Below are positions 18,852 to 28,583 of a stretch of DNA of 59,955 bases, piece by piece. Under the pieces are notes generated by a model, which was not told the origin of the DNA, did no database searches, and worked only from the letters and a program-made list of their open reading frames with translations. Made by a program: the position numbers and the translations under genes. Every line of letters starts with the position of its first letter. Within the stretch, counting starts at the first letter, position 1. Source of the DNA: Candidatus Parcubacteria bacterium. Its GTDB lineage: Bacteria > Patescibacteriota > Minisyncoccia > Phycocordibacterales > JBAYGS01. The stretch is taken from NCBI GenBank assembly GCA_039795895.1, contig JBDKKW010000004.1, forward strand, positions 1 through 59,955, written 5' to 3'.

Positions 18852-18983
18852 CAAAAGACCGGCGCGAGTACGCGCCGGTCTTTTCCCCTTGTATAGTTCC
18901 GCCGAGACACAACCGACGGGGGCGAGCTCCAAAACTAATGTCTTTAGTGAGTGCAACCGTCGGTTGTGACTTGGAACAACCTG
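18852..18983 (-). ncRNA. Candidate orphan structured small RNA with its own promoter and terminator
   Basis: TATACT -10 at 18989-18994; perfect 12-bp stem 18957-18968/18908-18919; terminator AAAAGACCGGCGCG-tact-CGCGCCGGTCTTTT at the 3' end; no credible ORF. Confidence 0.55.
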
Positions 18984-19095
18984 AGAGTAGTATATAACGG
19001 ACAACCAACAACACACAACTTACAATCAAAATGGGAGTAAAGAGAAAGAAATTTCTAATTACTAAATTATAATTTCTAAATGAAAAAAGTGGGGA

Positions 19096-19551
19096 TTAAT
19101 TACAGGCTGTACCACTTAGCGCGGCAGGAGCAGTACCACTCAGAGCATTATAAAGAACCCCGCCCGCAGTCTTATTTCTTCCCGCATTGGTACTGTCTAC
19201 ACACCAATAACCCCCACCTTTCAAAGGAGCCGCAAATGCCCAATCTGTCGCTCCGCCAGAACACGTGCCGACAGCGTTCAAAGTCGTCACCTGCGCGATC
19301 GCTTGAGCGATCAGTGAATCCTGAGTCACCCCATTAGTGCCACAGACCGCATTAAAATTACCGATATTGTTGTAAGTAATACTCGCCTGAGCTCGCATAC
19401 TATTCATGGTCTGCTTAATAGTCGCATCTGCGCCTTTGCCACGAGCAGCACCCACGGAAGTAAGTACAATTGAGGCCAAAAAGCTCATCACTGAAATGAC
19501 CACAAGAAGCTCGACGAGGGTGAATCCCCTAGATTGATAGACGAAAATCAT
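19096..19551 (-). CDS. Type IV pilin (second pilin)
   Basis: Prepilin cleavage site G|FTLVELLVVI, hydrophobic helix, Cys pairs, WAFAAPLKGGGYWCVDS. Confidence 0.92.
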   Translation of the reverse strand: MIFVYQSRGFTLVELLVVISVMSFLASIVLTSVGAARGKGADATIKQTMNSMRAQASITYNNIGNFNAVCGTNGVTQDSLIAQAIAQVTTLNAVGTCSGGATDWAFAAPLKGGGYWCVDSTNAGRNKTAGGVLYNALSGTAPAALSGTACN

Positions 19552-19593
19552 AGTACAAAAATATTATACCTAGAGTATACCATAGTCAAAAAC

Positions 19594-19621
19594 AAAAAAC
19601 ACCGCGGAACGCGGTGTTTTT
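19594..19621 (-). terminator. Terminator of the upstream pilin
   Basis: AAAAAACACCGCG-gaa-CGCGGTGTTTTT. Confidence 0.7.
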
Positions 19622-19675
19622 GTGGATTTAGTATTTTATTTAGAAGATAAAAGAATTACTATAACCCAACCGTCT

Positions 19676-20155
19676 TTACGGACAAGCTACAACATTAGCG
19701 CCGAGAGAAGAAGGTTCTGCCTTAGAAGCTCCTGTATTGTCTACGCACCAAAAACCACTACTTTTGAGCGGAGCCAACGCAGCCCAATTACTTGCAGTTG
19801 CATGACACTGTGCAGTAGTTGCACTTCCAGTACCAGCAGCAGTAGAATCAATAGTTGCACCAGTTGTACTAGCGGCAGCAGCAACATTTGTAAAGATACC
19901 CTTTACGCCCAAAACTAAGCCGAGTGAACTACATACGTCAGTGGCACTAGCTGCTGTACCCATATAAGAACTTGCGTTTGAATCATAGAACAACTCAGCT
20001 TGCGCACGTGCATTCGCCAAGTTTGCCTTTACTGCAGCATCAGCACCCTTTGATCGAGCGGTGTTGAGTGATGCCAAAACGACTGAAGAAAGAATACCGA
20101 TGATCGCAATGACCACCAAGAGTTCAATCAATGTAAAACCTTTATTTACTTTCAT
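19676..20155 (-). CDS. pilA: Type IV pilin, probable major pilin
   Basis: MKVNKG|FTLIELLVVIAIIGILSSVVLASLNTAR, WAALAPLKSSGFWCVDN, own terminator. Confidence 0.88.
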   Translation of the reverse strand: MKVNKGFTLIELLVVIAIIGILSSVVLASLNTARSKGADAAVKANLANARAQAELFYDSNASSYMGTAASATDVCSSLGLVLGVKGIFTNVAAAASTTGATIDSTAAGTGSATTAQCHATASNWAALAPLKSSGFWCVDNTGASKAEPSSLGANVVACP

Positions 20156-20197
20156 ATTATTTATATTTTTAGATTAACTTTTTTAAATTTTCTTTGC

Positions 20198-20431
20198 TTC
20201 CCTGAAATTTTTGGCCTTAAGAGTCTGTTCTGTATCTAACCGCAATAAAACTTGCCTTAGATCTGATGCTTGCCTGCTAAAATCCTCGAATTTCCGCTGC
20301 AAATCTTTCATCGCTCGTCGACAATGCGTGCATTGCCTCCTCACGCTTCAAGATTTTCGCAGTAAATTTGAGAATTTTATCTAGGCATTATCTACAGAAC
20401 AGACTCTCATTACTCCAAAAATTTCAGGGAA
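20198..20431. repeat. ~235 bp nested imperfect palindrome in the pilin 5' leader
   Basis: Perfect arms 20198-20214/20415-20431 (17 bp) and 20221-20234/20393-20406 (14 bp), plus inner imperfect arms. Confidence 0.85.
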
Positions 20432-20900
20432 CCTCGACCTTTCATGTTATTCATTACACCTACTAACCATAGGTTACCCCGCTATTATACTCCCTAGGGC
20501 CGAAAAGCGTAAAGGGGGGTGGGGACAAGGGGAAGGGCAGAAGATAAGAAGCAAGAGAGACCCATCAGAGGAGAAGACTGGGGGAAATAGAATCTAGTAG
20601 TTAGTAGTTAGACACTAGACAAATACCCCACCAAATCTTTTGGCTCCCAAATTAGGATGATGACGACCTAGTAGGCAAATCAGCAGGTTTATGGCTTGGC
20701 TATAAATCGTGCTCAATCAGAAGCGACACAAACCTTTTAGTCTCAAAATTAAGATGATTACGAGCCAATCAATTAAACTAAACCACCAAAACAGACCTGG
20801 ATACGCGAAGCCGGCGAGTATTGTGACCAAGCTGTATTTAGACATACAGCGCGGGAACAAACGGAGCCGGCGACAAAGTAGACGGGCCTGTTTTGGTGGT

Positions 20901-22112
20901 TTAGAACCCGGCGCCGGAAGAGATATTGTAGATCGGGACAAGCACCGCCGCCAAAAGAAACGCCACACCCAAGCCTAGTGACACAATCATCACCGGCTCG
21001 ATCATATCCACCAGCGTATCCACCGCATTATTCACTTCGCGAGTATAAAACGTCGCCAAGGTTTTTAGAATATTACCGAGCTCCCCTGTCTCCTCACCAA
21101 TCTTCACCATCTGCACCATAATCCCCGGAATCTCACTATGTCTCGAAAGTGCATCCGCCACCGAACTTCCCCCCTTGACTGCCTCTACCGCCTTGGTCAT
21201 CACATTTTTATACACACTATTTTCCACCACACTACCAGTGAGCTCAAGTGCCCGGATCATCGGGATACCAGAAGACAGCATCGTATTCATATTGTCGGCA
21301 ATGCGAGAGAGTGCGAGCTTGATATAGAGACTCTTGACGATCGGTATAGAGAGCTTGAATCGATCAAATGATAATTTACCCAAATCAGTCTGGATAAATC
21401 GAATAAAGAAGATGACCGATACCGCAAGCACAATCAGAATAAAGGGTGCGAAGTTTACAAAGAAATTACTGATCCCAATCACCACCGCAGTGTAAATCGG
21501 CACTTCCTGACCAGACTGCGTCAAAATCAAACTGATCTTGGGGATCACCACAGTGAGCATCAATATCATCACCGTCACAAACGTAAACATCACAAACGCA
21601 GGATAGATCAGAGCGTTCTTGGCCTTTGATGTCACTTCGTACGAGCGATCGAGGTAGTCTGCAAGGTATGCCAGCGTACTATCGAGCTTGCCCGATTCCT
21701 CACCCGCTTTAATCATATTCACATAAAAATCCGAGAAAATCTTTGGGTGTTTCGCGAGCGCTTTTGAGATTGAATTCCCGGCTTGGATATCGTCGGCAAC
21801 CTGCGTCAATGTCTTGGCGAGCAAAACATTTTCTACCTGATCAGCGAGCAATCGGAAGACGCGGAGCGCCGATACCTGTGCTTGAAAGAGCGTCGCCATC
21901 TGACGCGACAAGATCACCACATCTTTGTTTGACACTCGATCAAAAAACGTCAGACGCAAGCCCAGTCCCGCACCTTTGTCGGCCGAGACAATCGACGAAA
22001 TCACCAAACCTCGTCGCTGAAGCGAAGAGATAGCGACTTCTTGGTTGACCGCCTCAATCCCTCCGGAAGTGGGGTGGCCACTAGTGTCGATCGCGGTGTA
22101 ATTAAAAAGCAT
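20901..22112 (-). CDS. pilC: Type IV pilus platform protein PilC (GspF family)
   Basis: KAGEESGKLD, ALIYPAFV, GEETGEL, IEPVMIV; three TM segments. Confidence 0.95.
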   Translation of the reverse strand: MLFNYTAIDTSGHPTSGGIEAVNQEVAISSLQRRGLVISSIVSADKGAGLGLRLTFFDRVSNKDVVILSRQMATLFQAQVSALRVFRLLADQVENVLLAKTLTQVADDIQAGNSISKALAKHPKIFSDFYVNMIKAGEESGKLDSTLAYLADYLDRSYEVTSKAKNALIYPAFVMFTFVTVMILMLTVVIPKISLILTQSGQEVPIYTAVVIGISNFFVNFAPFILIVLAVSVIFFIRFIQTDLGKLSFDRFKLSIPIVKSLYIKLALSRIADNMNTMLSSGIPMIRALELTGSVVENSVYKNVMTKAVEAVKGGSSVADALSRHSEIPGIMVQMVKIGEETGELGNILKTLATFYTREVNNAVDTLVDMIEPVMIVSLGLGVAFLLAAVLVPIYNISSGAGF

Positions 22113-22130
22113 ACAAAAGAAGTGATTAGG

Positions 22131-23192
22131 TTACATCATTTTCTCCAAAATCTTTGGCGTCGGCGAATATCGCATTGCTGTCTCAAAAGTAATCTTGCCG
22201 TCACGCACCAACTCGATCAGAGAGCGATTCATGTCGATCATACCCTCTGCCATCCCCGTCTCAATCACTGAGTTGATTTCATGAATTCGTCCTTCGCGGA
22301 TGAGATTGGACACCGCGGAGTTGTTGATCAAAAGCTCGTAGACAGGGATCAATCCTCCTGAAATCATCGGCACCAAGCGCTGAGAAAAGATACCGGTGAG
22401 CGACCCCGCAAGCTGACTTCTGATCTGGCCCTGCTGACCAGGGGGGAACGAGTCGATAATACGGTCGATGGTCTGGCTGGCGGTGTTGGTGTGCAAGGTC
22501 GAAAGCACATAATGTCCGGTCTCAGCTGCCGTCACCGCAGTAGCAATGGTCTCAGGACCGCGCATTTCTCCAATGAGCACCACATTGATATCCTCACGAA
22601 ACATACTACGCATCGCTGTGGCAAAATCAGCCGTATCCATACGGATTTCTCGCTGATCAATAATCGACATCTTTGGCTCGTACACATACTCAATCGGATC
22701 TTCGATAGTCAAAATGTGTTCGGCACGATCTTGATTGATAGTCTCAAGAATCGCTGCGAGCGTCGTGGTCTTACCTTGCCCTACCGGACCGACCACCAAG
22801 AAGAATCCTTGTTCTTTTTTTGCAAACTGCTCGAGGATCGGCGGAAGATTGAGCTCCTTGAACATTCGAATCTTCTTGGGGATCAATCGAAGCACCATAC
22901 TCATCTTTCCTTGCTGGAAAAAGGCGTTGCCTCGAAATCGCCCCCCATCTCCAAAATCGTATGAAAAATCGATTTCTTTTGTCGACAAAAATATCTCACG
23001 ATTTACTTTGGTGAGGAGCACGTCAATCACCCCAAACATATCCTTGTTTGAAAGCGCTGGAATACGAGAGATGGTGGTCAGTACTCCCGCAACGCGAATC
23101 ACCGGCTGGCGCCCTTCTGAGATATGCAAATCAGAGCCTCCTTCTTTGACCACTACCGACATTAATTCAGCGAGTGTTTTTGAGTAATCCAT
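22131..23192 (-). CDS. pilT: Pilus retraction ATPase PilT
   Basis: SDLHI, GPVGQGKTTT, TIEDPIE, GEMRG, AAETGH, STLHT, NLIRE. Confidence 0.95.
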   Translation of the reverse strand: MDYSKTLAELMSVVVKEGGSDLHISEGRQPVIRVAGVLTTISRIPALSNKDMFGVIDVLLTKVNREIFLSTKEIDFSYDFGDGGRFRGNAFFQQGKMSMVLRLIPKKIRMFKELNLPPILEQFAKKEQGFFLVVGPVGQGKTTTLAAILETINQDRAEHILTIEDPIEYVYEPKMSIIDQREIRMDTADFATAMRSMFREDINVVLIGEMRGPETIATAVTAAETGHYVLSTLHTNTASQTIDRIIDSFPPGQQGQIRSQLAGSLTGIFSQRLVPMISGGLIPVYELLINNSAVSNLIREGRIHEINSVIETGMAEGMIDMNRSLIELVRDGKITFETAMRYSPTPKILEKMM

Positions 23193-23216
23193 AGAAAAAG
23201 ATAACGACTAAAGAAC

Positions 23217-23615
23217 CTACACCTTCCGAGCCTGATAGAGCTTGACCACCTCATCCACTACTTCGGAAGGAATAGTGGTTGCTTTGACGATATACCCCGC
23301 CACTCCGATGTCTTCGGCGCGTTTGATGTCGGATGGCTGACCTTGGTTGGTGAGCATAATCACCACTGCTTTTGGCGCAAGATTGTCTGCTTTGATTTTG
23401 GTAAGTAATTCAAGTCCATCCATTCCCGGCATTACCAAATCGAGCAAGATAATGTCTGGAGAAAAACCATCTCGAATAATTTTGAGTGCATCAGCACCAC
23501 CCACCCCCGTCTGTACTTCAAATCCGTTTTTGCCGAATTTGATCGAGTACATATTGAGCAAAAATTTGTCATCATCAACAATGAGCACTTTTACTTTTTT
23601 AGTTTCGATTACCAT
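23217..23615 (-). CDS. Single-domain response regulator (receiver)
   Basis: VLIVDDD, ILLDLVMPGMDG, MLTN, YIVK. Confidence 0.93.
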   Translation of the reverse strand: MVIETKKVKVLIVDDDKFLLNMYSIKFGKNGFEVQTGVGGADALKIIRDGFSPDIILLDLVMPGMDGLELLTKIKADNLAPKAVVIMLTNQGQPSDIKRAEDIGVAGYIVKATTIPSEVVDEVVKLYQARKV

Positions 23616-23742
23616 ATGGGTTTATTATAGCATAGCCCGCCCAATGCAAGAGTGAGAAAGTGGACAATCGAACAGACGCCTCTCCCCTAAAAACACCCCA
23701 AAGTGATTAGTTTATTTATCCCCCTAGAATCGCCATAATCTC

Positions 23743-23870
23743 TAAAACGGCTCGAAATTACCTCAGATATGAGGCGCGAGCGAGGCTTGCGACCAAAACG
23801 TATATGGAAATACGTTGCGGGAGCAAACGAGCGAAGCAACAAAATAGATGAGGTGATTTCAACCGTTTTA
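23743..23870. mobile_element. MITE/REP-like palindromic element overlapping the pilB stop
   Basis: Terminal inverted repeats TAAAACGG..GAAATTACCTCA / TGAGGTGATTTC..CCGTTTTA; the core GAGGCGCGAG...CGAAGCAACAAA is shared with 53879-53996. Confidence 0.55.
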
Positions 23871-25595
23871 CAATGCGTTCACTTCGGAAAAAGGAATCTC
23901 GCGCTTAAACGCCTTAAATATCGCATCCTCCTTCATCGTATGCATCCCCTTCGCCCGAAGCACCTTCATAATCTCCGATTCAACTGGATTTTTCAAAATC
24001 ACCTGCTCCACATCCTTGTCCATCATAAACATTTCAGTGACCGCTACGCGTCCACGAGTACCATTTGGACAATTTGCGTCAGGCGAAATCTCATACACCG
24101 TATTCCCCACCGGCATCGCTTTTCGTACCGCTTCTGGCAAGTCAGAAAATTGTTTCTCGAGCATCATCTTGAGACTACCCTCGACAGGTACCGGCTTGCC
24201 CGAGTTTGGACAGAGTGCAGACACCAAGCGCTGACCCATACCCAAGATCAGGGTCGGAGGAATCAAATACGGATCAACCCCCATATCAAGTAAGCGTGGC
24301 ACAATACCAGCAGAAGTGTTGGTGTGAATGGTTGAAAGCACCAAGTGGCCAGTGAGTGCTGCCTGAATCGCAAGCTGTGCAGTCTCTTTGTCTCGAATTT
24401 CTCCCACCAAGATAATATCTGGGTCCTGACGAAGACTAGTACGCAACCCTGATGCAAAGGTGTAGCCGATTTCAGGTCGAACTTGTGACTGATTGACCCC
24501 AGCAATCGTATACTCGATCGGATCTTCGAGACTCATAATATTTTTACCTTCGTCGTTAATCTTTTCGAGCAGGCCATACAGCGTGGTCGTCTTTCCAGAA
24601 CCTGTCGGTCCTGAAATCAAAATCAATCCGTATGGTCGCTTGATTGCTTTAAGCAACATCTCCACATTTTGAGGAGTCATACCCATGTCTTCGATCTTTT
24701 TGGTACCACGCTCTTGGTCCAAGATACGCATTACCACTTTTTCGCCGTAGTACGAAGGGAAAGTCGATACGCGAAAGTCAATTTTGTGCCCTTCAATCTT
24801 TGCCCAAAAACCACCGTCTTGCGGCTTTCTTTTTTCATCGAGCTTCATGGTCTGACAGAGGATTTTGATACGAGCCACCACCGCGCTATGCACCTTGAGC
24901 GGAAGCACGAGTGAGGTATTGAGCACTCCGTCCACACGAAAACGCACACGGACCTTGTCGGCCATTGGCTCGATATGAATATCGGACGCATTTCCCTCGG
25001 TCGCATAGCGCAAAATGGTCGCCACAATCTTGGTGACTGGCGCATCTTCGATAATACGCGTGTTTCCTTGTGCCTTGGTAGTCGCATCGACTCGCTGACT
25101 CAATACATTTTGCAAATCATCACCAGAAAACTCCGTCTCAAGCTCAGTGAGTGCCTTGGTCACCTCTCCCGAAAGCCCTTTGTATGACTGAAGCGCGGTC
25201 TTAAAATCATCTTCAGAAATCAAAAAGACGGTAAATGGCAGACCGATCTTTGCAGAAATAAAGTTGAGGGCGTCACGAGCATCAATGTCGTCAGGATCAA
25301 CAAGACCCACCTCAAGTACTCCATCTTTGAGATCAAGTGGGACAAATTTGTAATGTGTCGCTGATTCTTCTGGAATAAACTCGAGGATTTTAAATGAAAT
25401 CGGTGTATCAGAAAGACTGCGTACGGGGAGATTGAACACCTCCCCTTTTGCTACAAGCACTTCTTCACTCGAAATCCCTTTTTTGATCAAGACCTGCTCA
25501 ATACTCTCCCCAGACAAACGAGCCTCTTCTTTGATAGAGGTGATATCAGATCGTTTGATAAAATCTTTGTTCGCGAGGATATCAAGAATGCCCAT
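23868..25595 (-). CDS. pilB: Type IV pilus assembly ATPase PilB (GspE/PulE family)
   Basis: ASDIHIEP, RFRVDG, GPTGSGKTTT, LRQDPDIILVGEIRD, AALTGHLVLSTIHTN. Confidence 0.95.
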   Translation of the reverse strand: MGILDILANKDFIKRSDITSIKEEARLSGESIEQVLIKKGISSEEVLVAKGEVFNLPVRSLSDTPISFKILEFIPEESATHYKFVPLDLKDGVLEVGLVDPDDIDARDALNFISAKIGLPFTVFLISEDDFKTALQSYKGLSGEVTKALTELETEFSGDDLQNVLSQRVDATTKAQGNTRIIEDAPVTKIVATILRYATEGNASDIHIEPMADKVRVRFRVDGVLNTSLVLPLKVHSAVVARIKILCQTMKLDEKRKPQDGGFWAKIEGHKIDFRVSTFPSYYGEKVVMRILDQERGTKKIEDMGMTPQNVEMLLKAIKRPYGLILISGPTGSGKTTTLYGLLEKINDEGKNIMSLEDPIEYTIAGVNQSQVRPEIGYTFASGLRTSLRQDPDIILVGEIRDKETAQLAIQAALTGHLVLSTIHTNTSAGIVPRLLDMGVDPYLIPPTLILGMGQRLVSALCPNSGKPVPVEGSLKMMLEKQFSDLPEAVRKAMPVGNTVYEISPDANCPNGTRGRVAVTEMFMMDKDVEQVILKNPVESEIMKVLRAKGMHTMKEDAIFKAFKREIPFSEVNAL

Positions 25596-25598
25596 AGA

Positions 25599-26051
25599 TT
25601 AGTGAATTACTGCGCCTGGTTTTACAAAACCACTTGGTACCACATCCTTTACCGACGATCCTGAACTCACTGAAGATACCGAAGCCGTCATATCTACCGC
25701 ATCCACCCCGATCGGCAAGAACGGATTGTATCGGCCAATCGGCTCTTCTTGGAGCGGAATACCGAAATCTTGGAGACTCAAAAACGAAGGGTCTTTAAAC
25801 AAGGATCCTTCGAGCGTGATCGTACGCAACCCAGATAGCACCGAAATCAAATCGCTACTTATCGGAGCGTTGTTGGTCGAAGTCACTGCACCAAAACCTA
25901 TCGGCAAACTCTGGGTATCAACCGACACAAAACTAGGCGCAGTAGTACCCCCTTGTCGAGATTGAATCAAAAAGTATCCTCCACCGAGAAGTACGACAAA
26001 AATCAGTACGGCGGTAATCACATTTGCTTTGTTTTGGAAAAATGAGCCCAT
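25599..26051 (-). CDS. Pilus-associated membrane-anchored protein (PilP-position gene)
   Basis: N-terminal TM and GRYNPF motif; lies between pilO and pilB. Confidence 0.7.
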   Translation of the reverse strand: MGSFFQNKANVITAVLIFVVLLGGGYFLIQSRQGGTTAPSFVSVDTQSLPIGFGAVTSTNNAPISSDLISVLSGLRTITLEGSLFKDPSFLSLQDFGIPLQEEPIGRYNPFLPIGVDAVDMTASVSSVSSGSSVKDVVPSGFVKPGAVIH

Positions 26052-26056
26052 AGTAA

Positions 26057-26608
26057 TTATTTAAGCCAGTAAGTCTTGATCCCGATATTAAAATCGTACA
26101 TATTACCCGAATCACTAGCACTAAATCCAAGCGACACCACATCCACTAGTCGCAAACTCTTTTCCAAATCCTTGAGGAAAGCAATGAAGTTGTCGTAGGT
26201 CGCTGAGACAGTCATATCAAGCACTACCGAGCCGTACTTATTATTTTTGTCGAGGGTGGTGTCGTTTTTGGCGTCAGCAGCAATACTTGCTGCTGAAATA
26301 TTTTTTACATTTTTGACCACCACGCCACGCTGAGCTGCCAGCGCAGAAATATCGATAATCAAGCGTACATTGTCGATATTGTCTGGGAGCATTTTTTCAA
26401 GACGAGCGAGGTCGTTGGTCGGAAAGGTATTGAGTCGCTTGAGTAGGTCGTCTCGGAGAGCTTGCAATTGACGAGACTTGGTCAACGCTTCATCACGCGA
26501 AGCCTTTTGAGACTCGAGATCCTTGATCGTCTCGTACTTTGGGTTGATGTAGCCAAAAAATGCGCCGAGAGAAGCCAGTATAAGCATGAATGGTACGATG
26601 TTTTTCAT
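26057..26608 (-). CDS. pilO: Type IV pilus alignment protein PilO
   Basis: N-terminal TM, coiled coil, MLP, ATYDNFIAFLKDLEKSLRL; operon position. Confidence 0.85.
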   Translation of the reverse strand: MKNIVPFMLILASLGAFFGYINPKYETIKDLESQKASRDEALTKSRQLQALRDDLLKRLNTFPTNDLARLEKMLPDNIDNVRLIIDISALAAQRGVVVKNVKNISAASIAADAKNDTTLDKNNKYGSVVLDMTVSATYDNFIAFLKDLEKSLRLVDVVSLGFSASDSGNMYDFNIGIKTYWLK

Positions 26609-26610
26609 AG

Positions 26611-27210
26611 TTATTGTGAAGTGGTACGACTACTCTGCACCGTCTTGTATGCCAAGATTGCCGGATCAACTGAAGCGGTAAAGGTGAAGGAGACGGCCCC
26701 ACTCAAATCGAGAGACAGATCAGAGAGCAGTGGACTCTTGAGTCGTTTATCCTTTCCAAAAGAGTCTGATTGCAGTGCGATAGCAGTAAAACCAGTCGCC
26801 TGTCCCTTCATCGAAAGCGAAATCTTGTCTGGCGCCACAGTCACATCGAGTGTTTTGAAGCGGACACTTTTCTTGAGCGTTGATTTACCTAAAATATCGA
26901 AGAGTGGAGAAAGAGCAAGATGTGATCCAAGTAGTGCCTTGGCTGAAGTCAGACGCGCATCAAGACGAATCATAGTCTTGATAACGGTTGGATCAAAAGC
27001 ACCTTGGGCGCGCACCAAATCACTGTCGGCAGTGGCAATATTTTGAGTCAAATAGCGTTCGTAGAAAAAGACACCCAGCGAACCACTCAAGGCTACAAAA
27101 AAGAGTACGAGTGCAATCACGGTAAAGAAACTCACGGTCGTACGGACCGGCCCTGAGGTGGGCATCATTGGCCGTTTTGGTATAAAAGATGATTGAAGAC
27201 CAGTTTCCAT
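26611..27210 (-). CDS. pilN: PilN-like alignment protein
   Basis: SSFIPK N-terminal motif, single TM, position between pilM and pilO. Confidence 0.7.
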   Translation of the reverse strand: METGLQSSFIPKRPMMPTSGPVRTTVSFFTVIALVLFFVALSGSLGVFFYERYLTQNIATADSDLVRAQGAFDPTVIKTMIRLDARLTSAKALLGSHLALSPLFDILGKSTLKKSVRFKTLDVTVAPDKISLSMKGQATGFTAIALQSDSFGKDKRLKSPLLSDLSLDLSGAVSFTFTASVDPAILAYKTVQSSRTTSQ

Positions 27211-27290
27211 AGATTACAGATGACGCGAACGATTCGCGCACAACTGCATATAGTATACCATTGGTTTTTTGAGGAGCTATCCCCAGGGTA

Positions 27291-27420
27291 GAACAGAAGA
27301 TAAGAAGCAAGAGAGCAAGATAGATTCGAAGGAAAGAGGGGGCGCCTACGGCGCCCCCTCTTTCCTAGTCTCCCATCCAATCTCTCTTGCTTCTGCTCTA
27401 TCCTGCTTCTTATCTTCCCC
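27291..27420. repeat. Intergenic palindrome: GC hairpin with purine/pyrimidine arms
   Basis: GGAAAGAGGGGGCGCC-tac-GGCGCCCCCTCTTTCC flanked by AGAAGCAAGAGAG / CTCTCTTGCTTCT; same design at 56565-56686. Confidence 0.75.
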
Positions 27421-28541
27421 TACTGTCCTTCCTGGAGTTTTCGGAGAGCAAGCCCAATAGCCGTTGCAAATTCCGGACCTGACGTCGCCAAGACATTTGT
27501 CAAAAAGGCTGGGGTCTCGATTTTTGCAAAAGAATCAGCAAGTTCTACATCGAGAGACAACTTACGCTCAGCAAAATCTTTAATACCGACAAGAAGTGAC
27601 CCGCCTCCCGAAAGGACCAGTCGAGATACCGGCTGACCAAAACGCTGTTCATAATTTACAATCGACTTTTTTACTTCATCAAAAATATAATCAAGCGTCA
27701 GAGTACAAATATCAGCAATGCTTTTTTCGGTCTGGTTGTGTGTCAGACCTTGATTTCGCTTCATCCTTTCAGCATCATCCACACTCACCCCAAGCGAGCG
27801 AGAAATAGCAAGGGTAATGTCTTGCGACCCTCGAGACACGGTATGTGAATTTTTGAGTACACCGCGCTCCACCACATAGAGTTTGCTCGATGCGGCACCA
27901 ATATCAAGCACTGCTACCGGCGCAATCCCCTGGTCGAGCACGGCGCGAATAGTGCTGAAGGTCTCGATTTCAAAAAAACTAGAATCAAGAGTTGCTCCGG
28001 CAGTGATTTCTCGATTTTTCGTCAGCGCATCATTGTGAATCACCACGAGTAAGATATCGAGGGTCTGCATTTCACCTGAGGAAGGCTTTGGAGCCGATTC
28101 ATTTTCGCTCGACATGGTTTCATCTTTTGGAATCACTAGCCAGTCGATGGTTACTTCAGAAATCGGGACCGGTACATACTTGCGAGCCTCGATTGGTACC
28201 ATTTGAGCGAGCTGTTTGTCACTCACCGCCGGAAGCTTGATAAAGGTCACTAAGCTCGAAGACACCGGGATTGAAAGTCCGCACGAACGAGTAGTGGTCT
28301 TGGCTTCTTTGAGTAAATCATTGACCGCTTCAATAATTTTTGCCGCAGGCAAGCTCGTCGCGCGACCAATTTCTACGCCACCATACGGTCCAAGCGAAAG
28401 CGTACCGTAGGTCTCAAGCACCGCACGACCAGCTTTTTGTCTGAGCTGGACCACCTTGATCGCCGACGAACCCACGTCAATACCAAGGACACTTCGCCCC
28501 CCTTTATCAAATAGTCCGGTAATGTTACTGAAAAAAGACAT
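27420..28541 (-). CDS. pilM: Type IV pilus assembly protein PilM
   Basis: GIDVGSSAIK, EARKYVP, LDIGA, LSGGGS, AIGLALR (actin-like fold). Confidence 0.93.
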   Translation of the reverse strand: MSFFSNITGLFDKGGRSVLGIDVGSSAIKVVQLRQKAGRAVLETYGTLSLGPYGGVEIGRATSLPAAKIIEAVNDLLKEAKTTTRSCGLSIPVSSSLVTFIKLPAVSDKQLAQMVPIEARKYVPVPISEVTIDWLVIPKDETMSSENESAPKPSSGEMQTLDILLVVIHNDALTKNREITAGATLDSSFFEIETFSTIRAVLDQGIAPVAVLDIGAASSKLYVVERGVLKNSHTVSRGSQDITLAISRSLGVSVDDAERMKRNQGLTHNQTEKSIADICTLTLDYIFDEVKKSIVNYEQRFGQPVSRLVLSGGGSLLVGIKDFAERKLSLDVELADSFAKIETPAFLTNVLATSGPEFATAIGLALRKLQEGQ

Positions 28542-28583
28542 ATGATCTATAATTAGTCAGAGTATAGCACATCATTTTTCACA

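Noticed and set aside
18823-19029. 68-aa ORF upstream of murB
   Set aside because: It runs through a promoter, a strong stem and a terminator; an ncRNA explains the region better.
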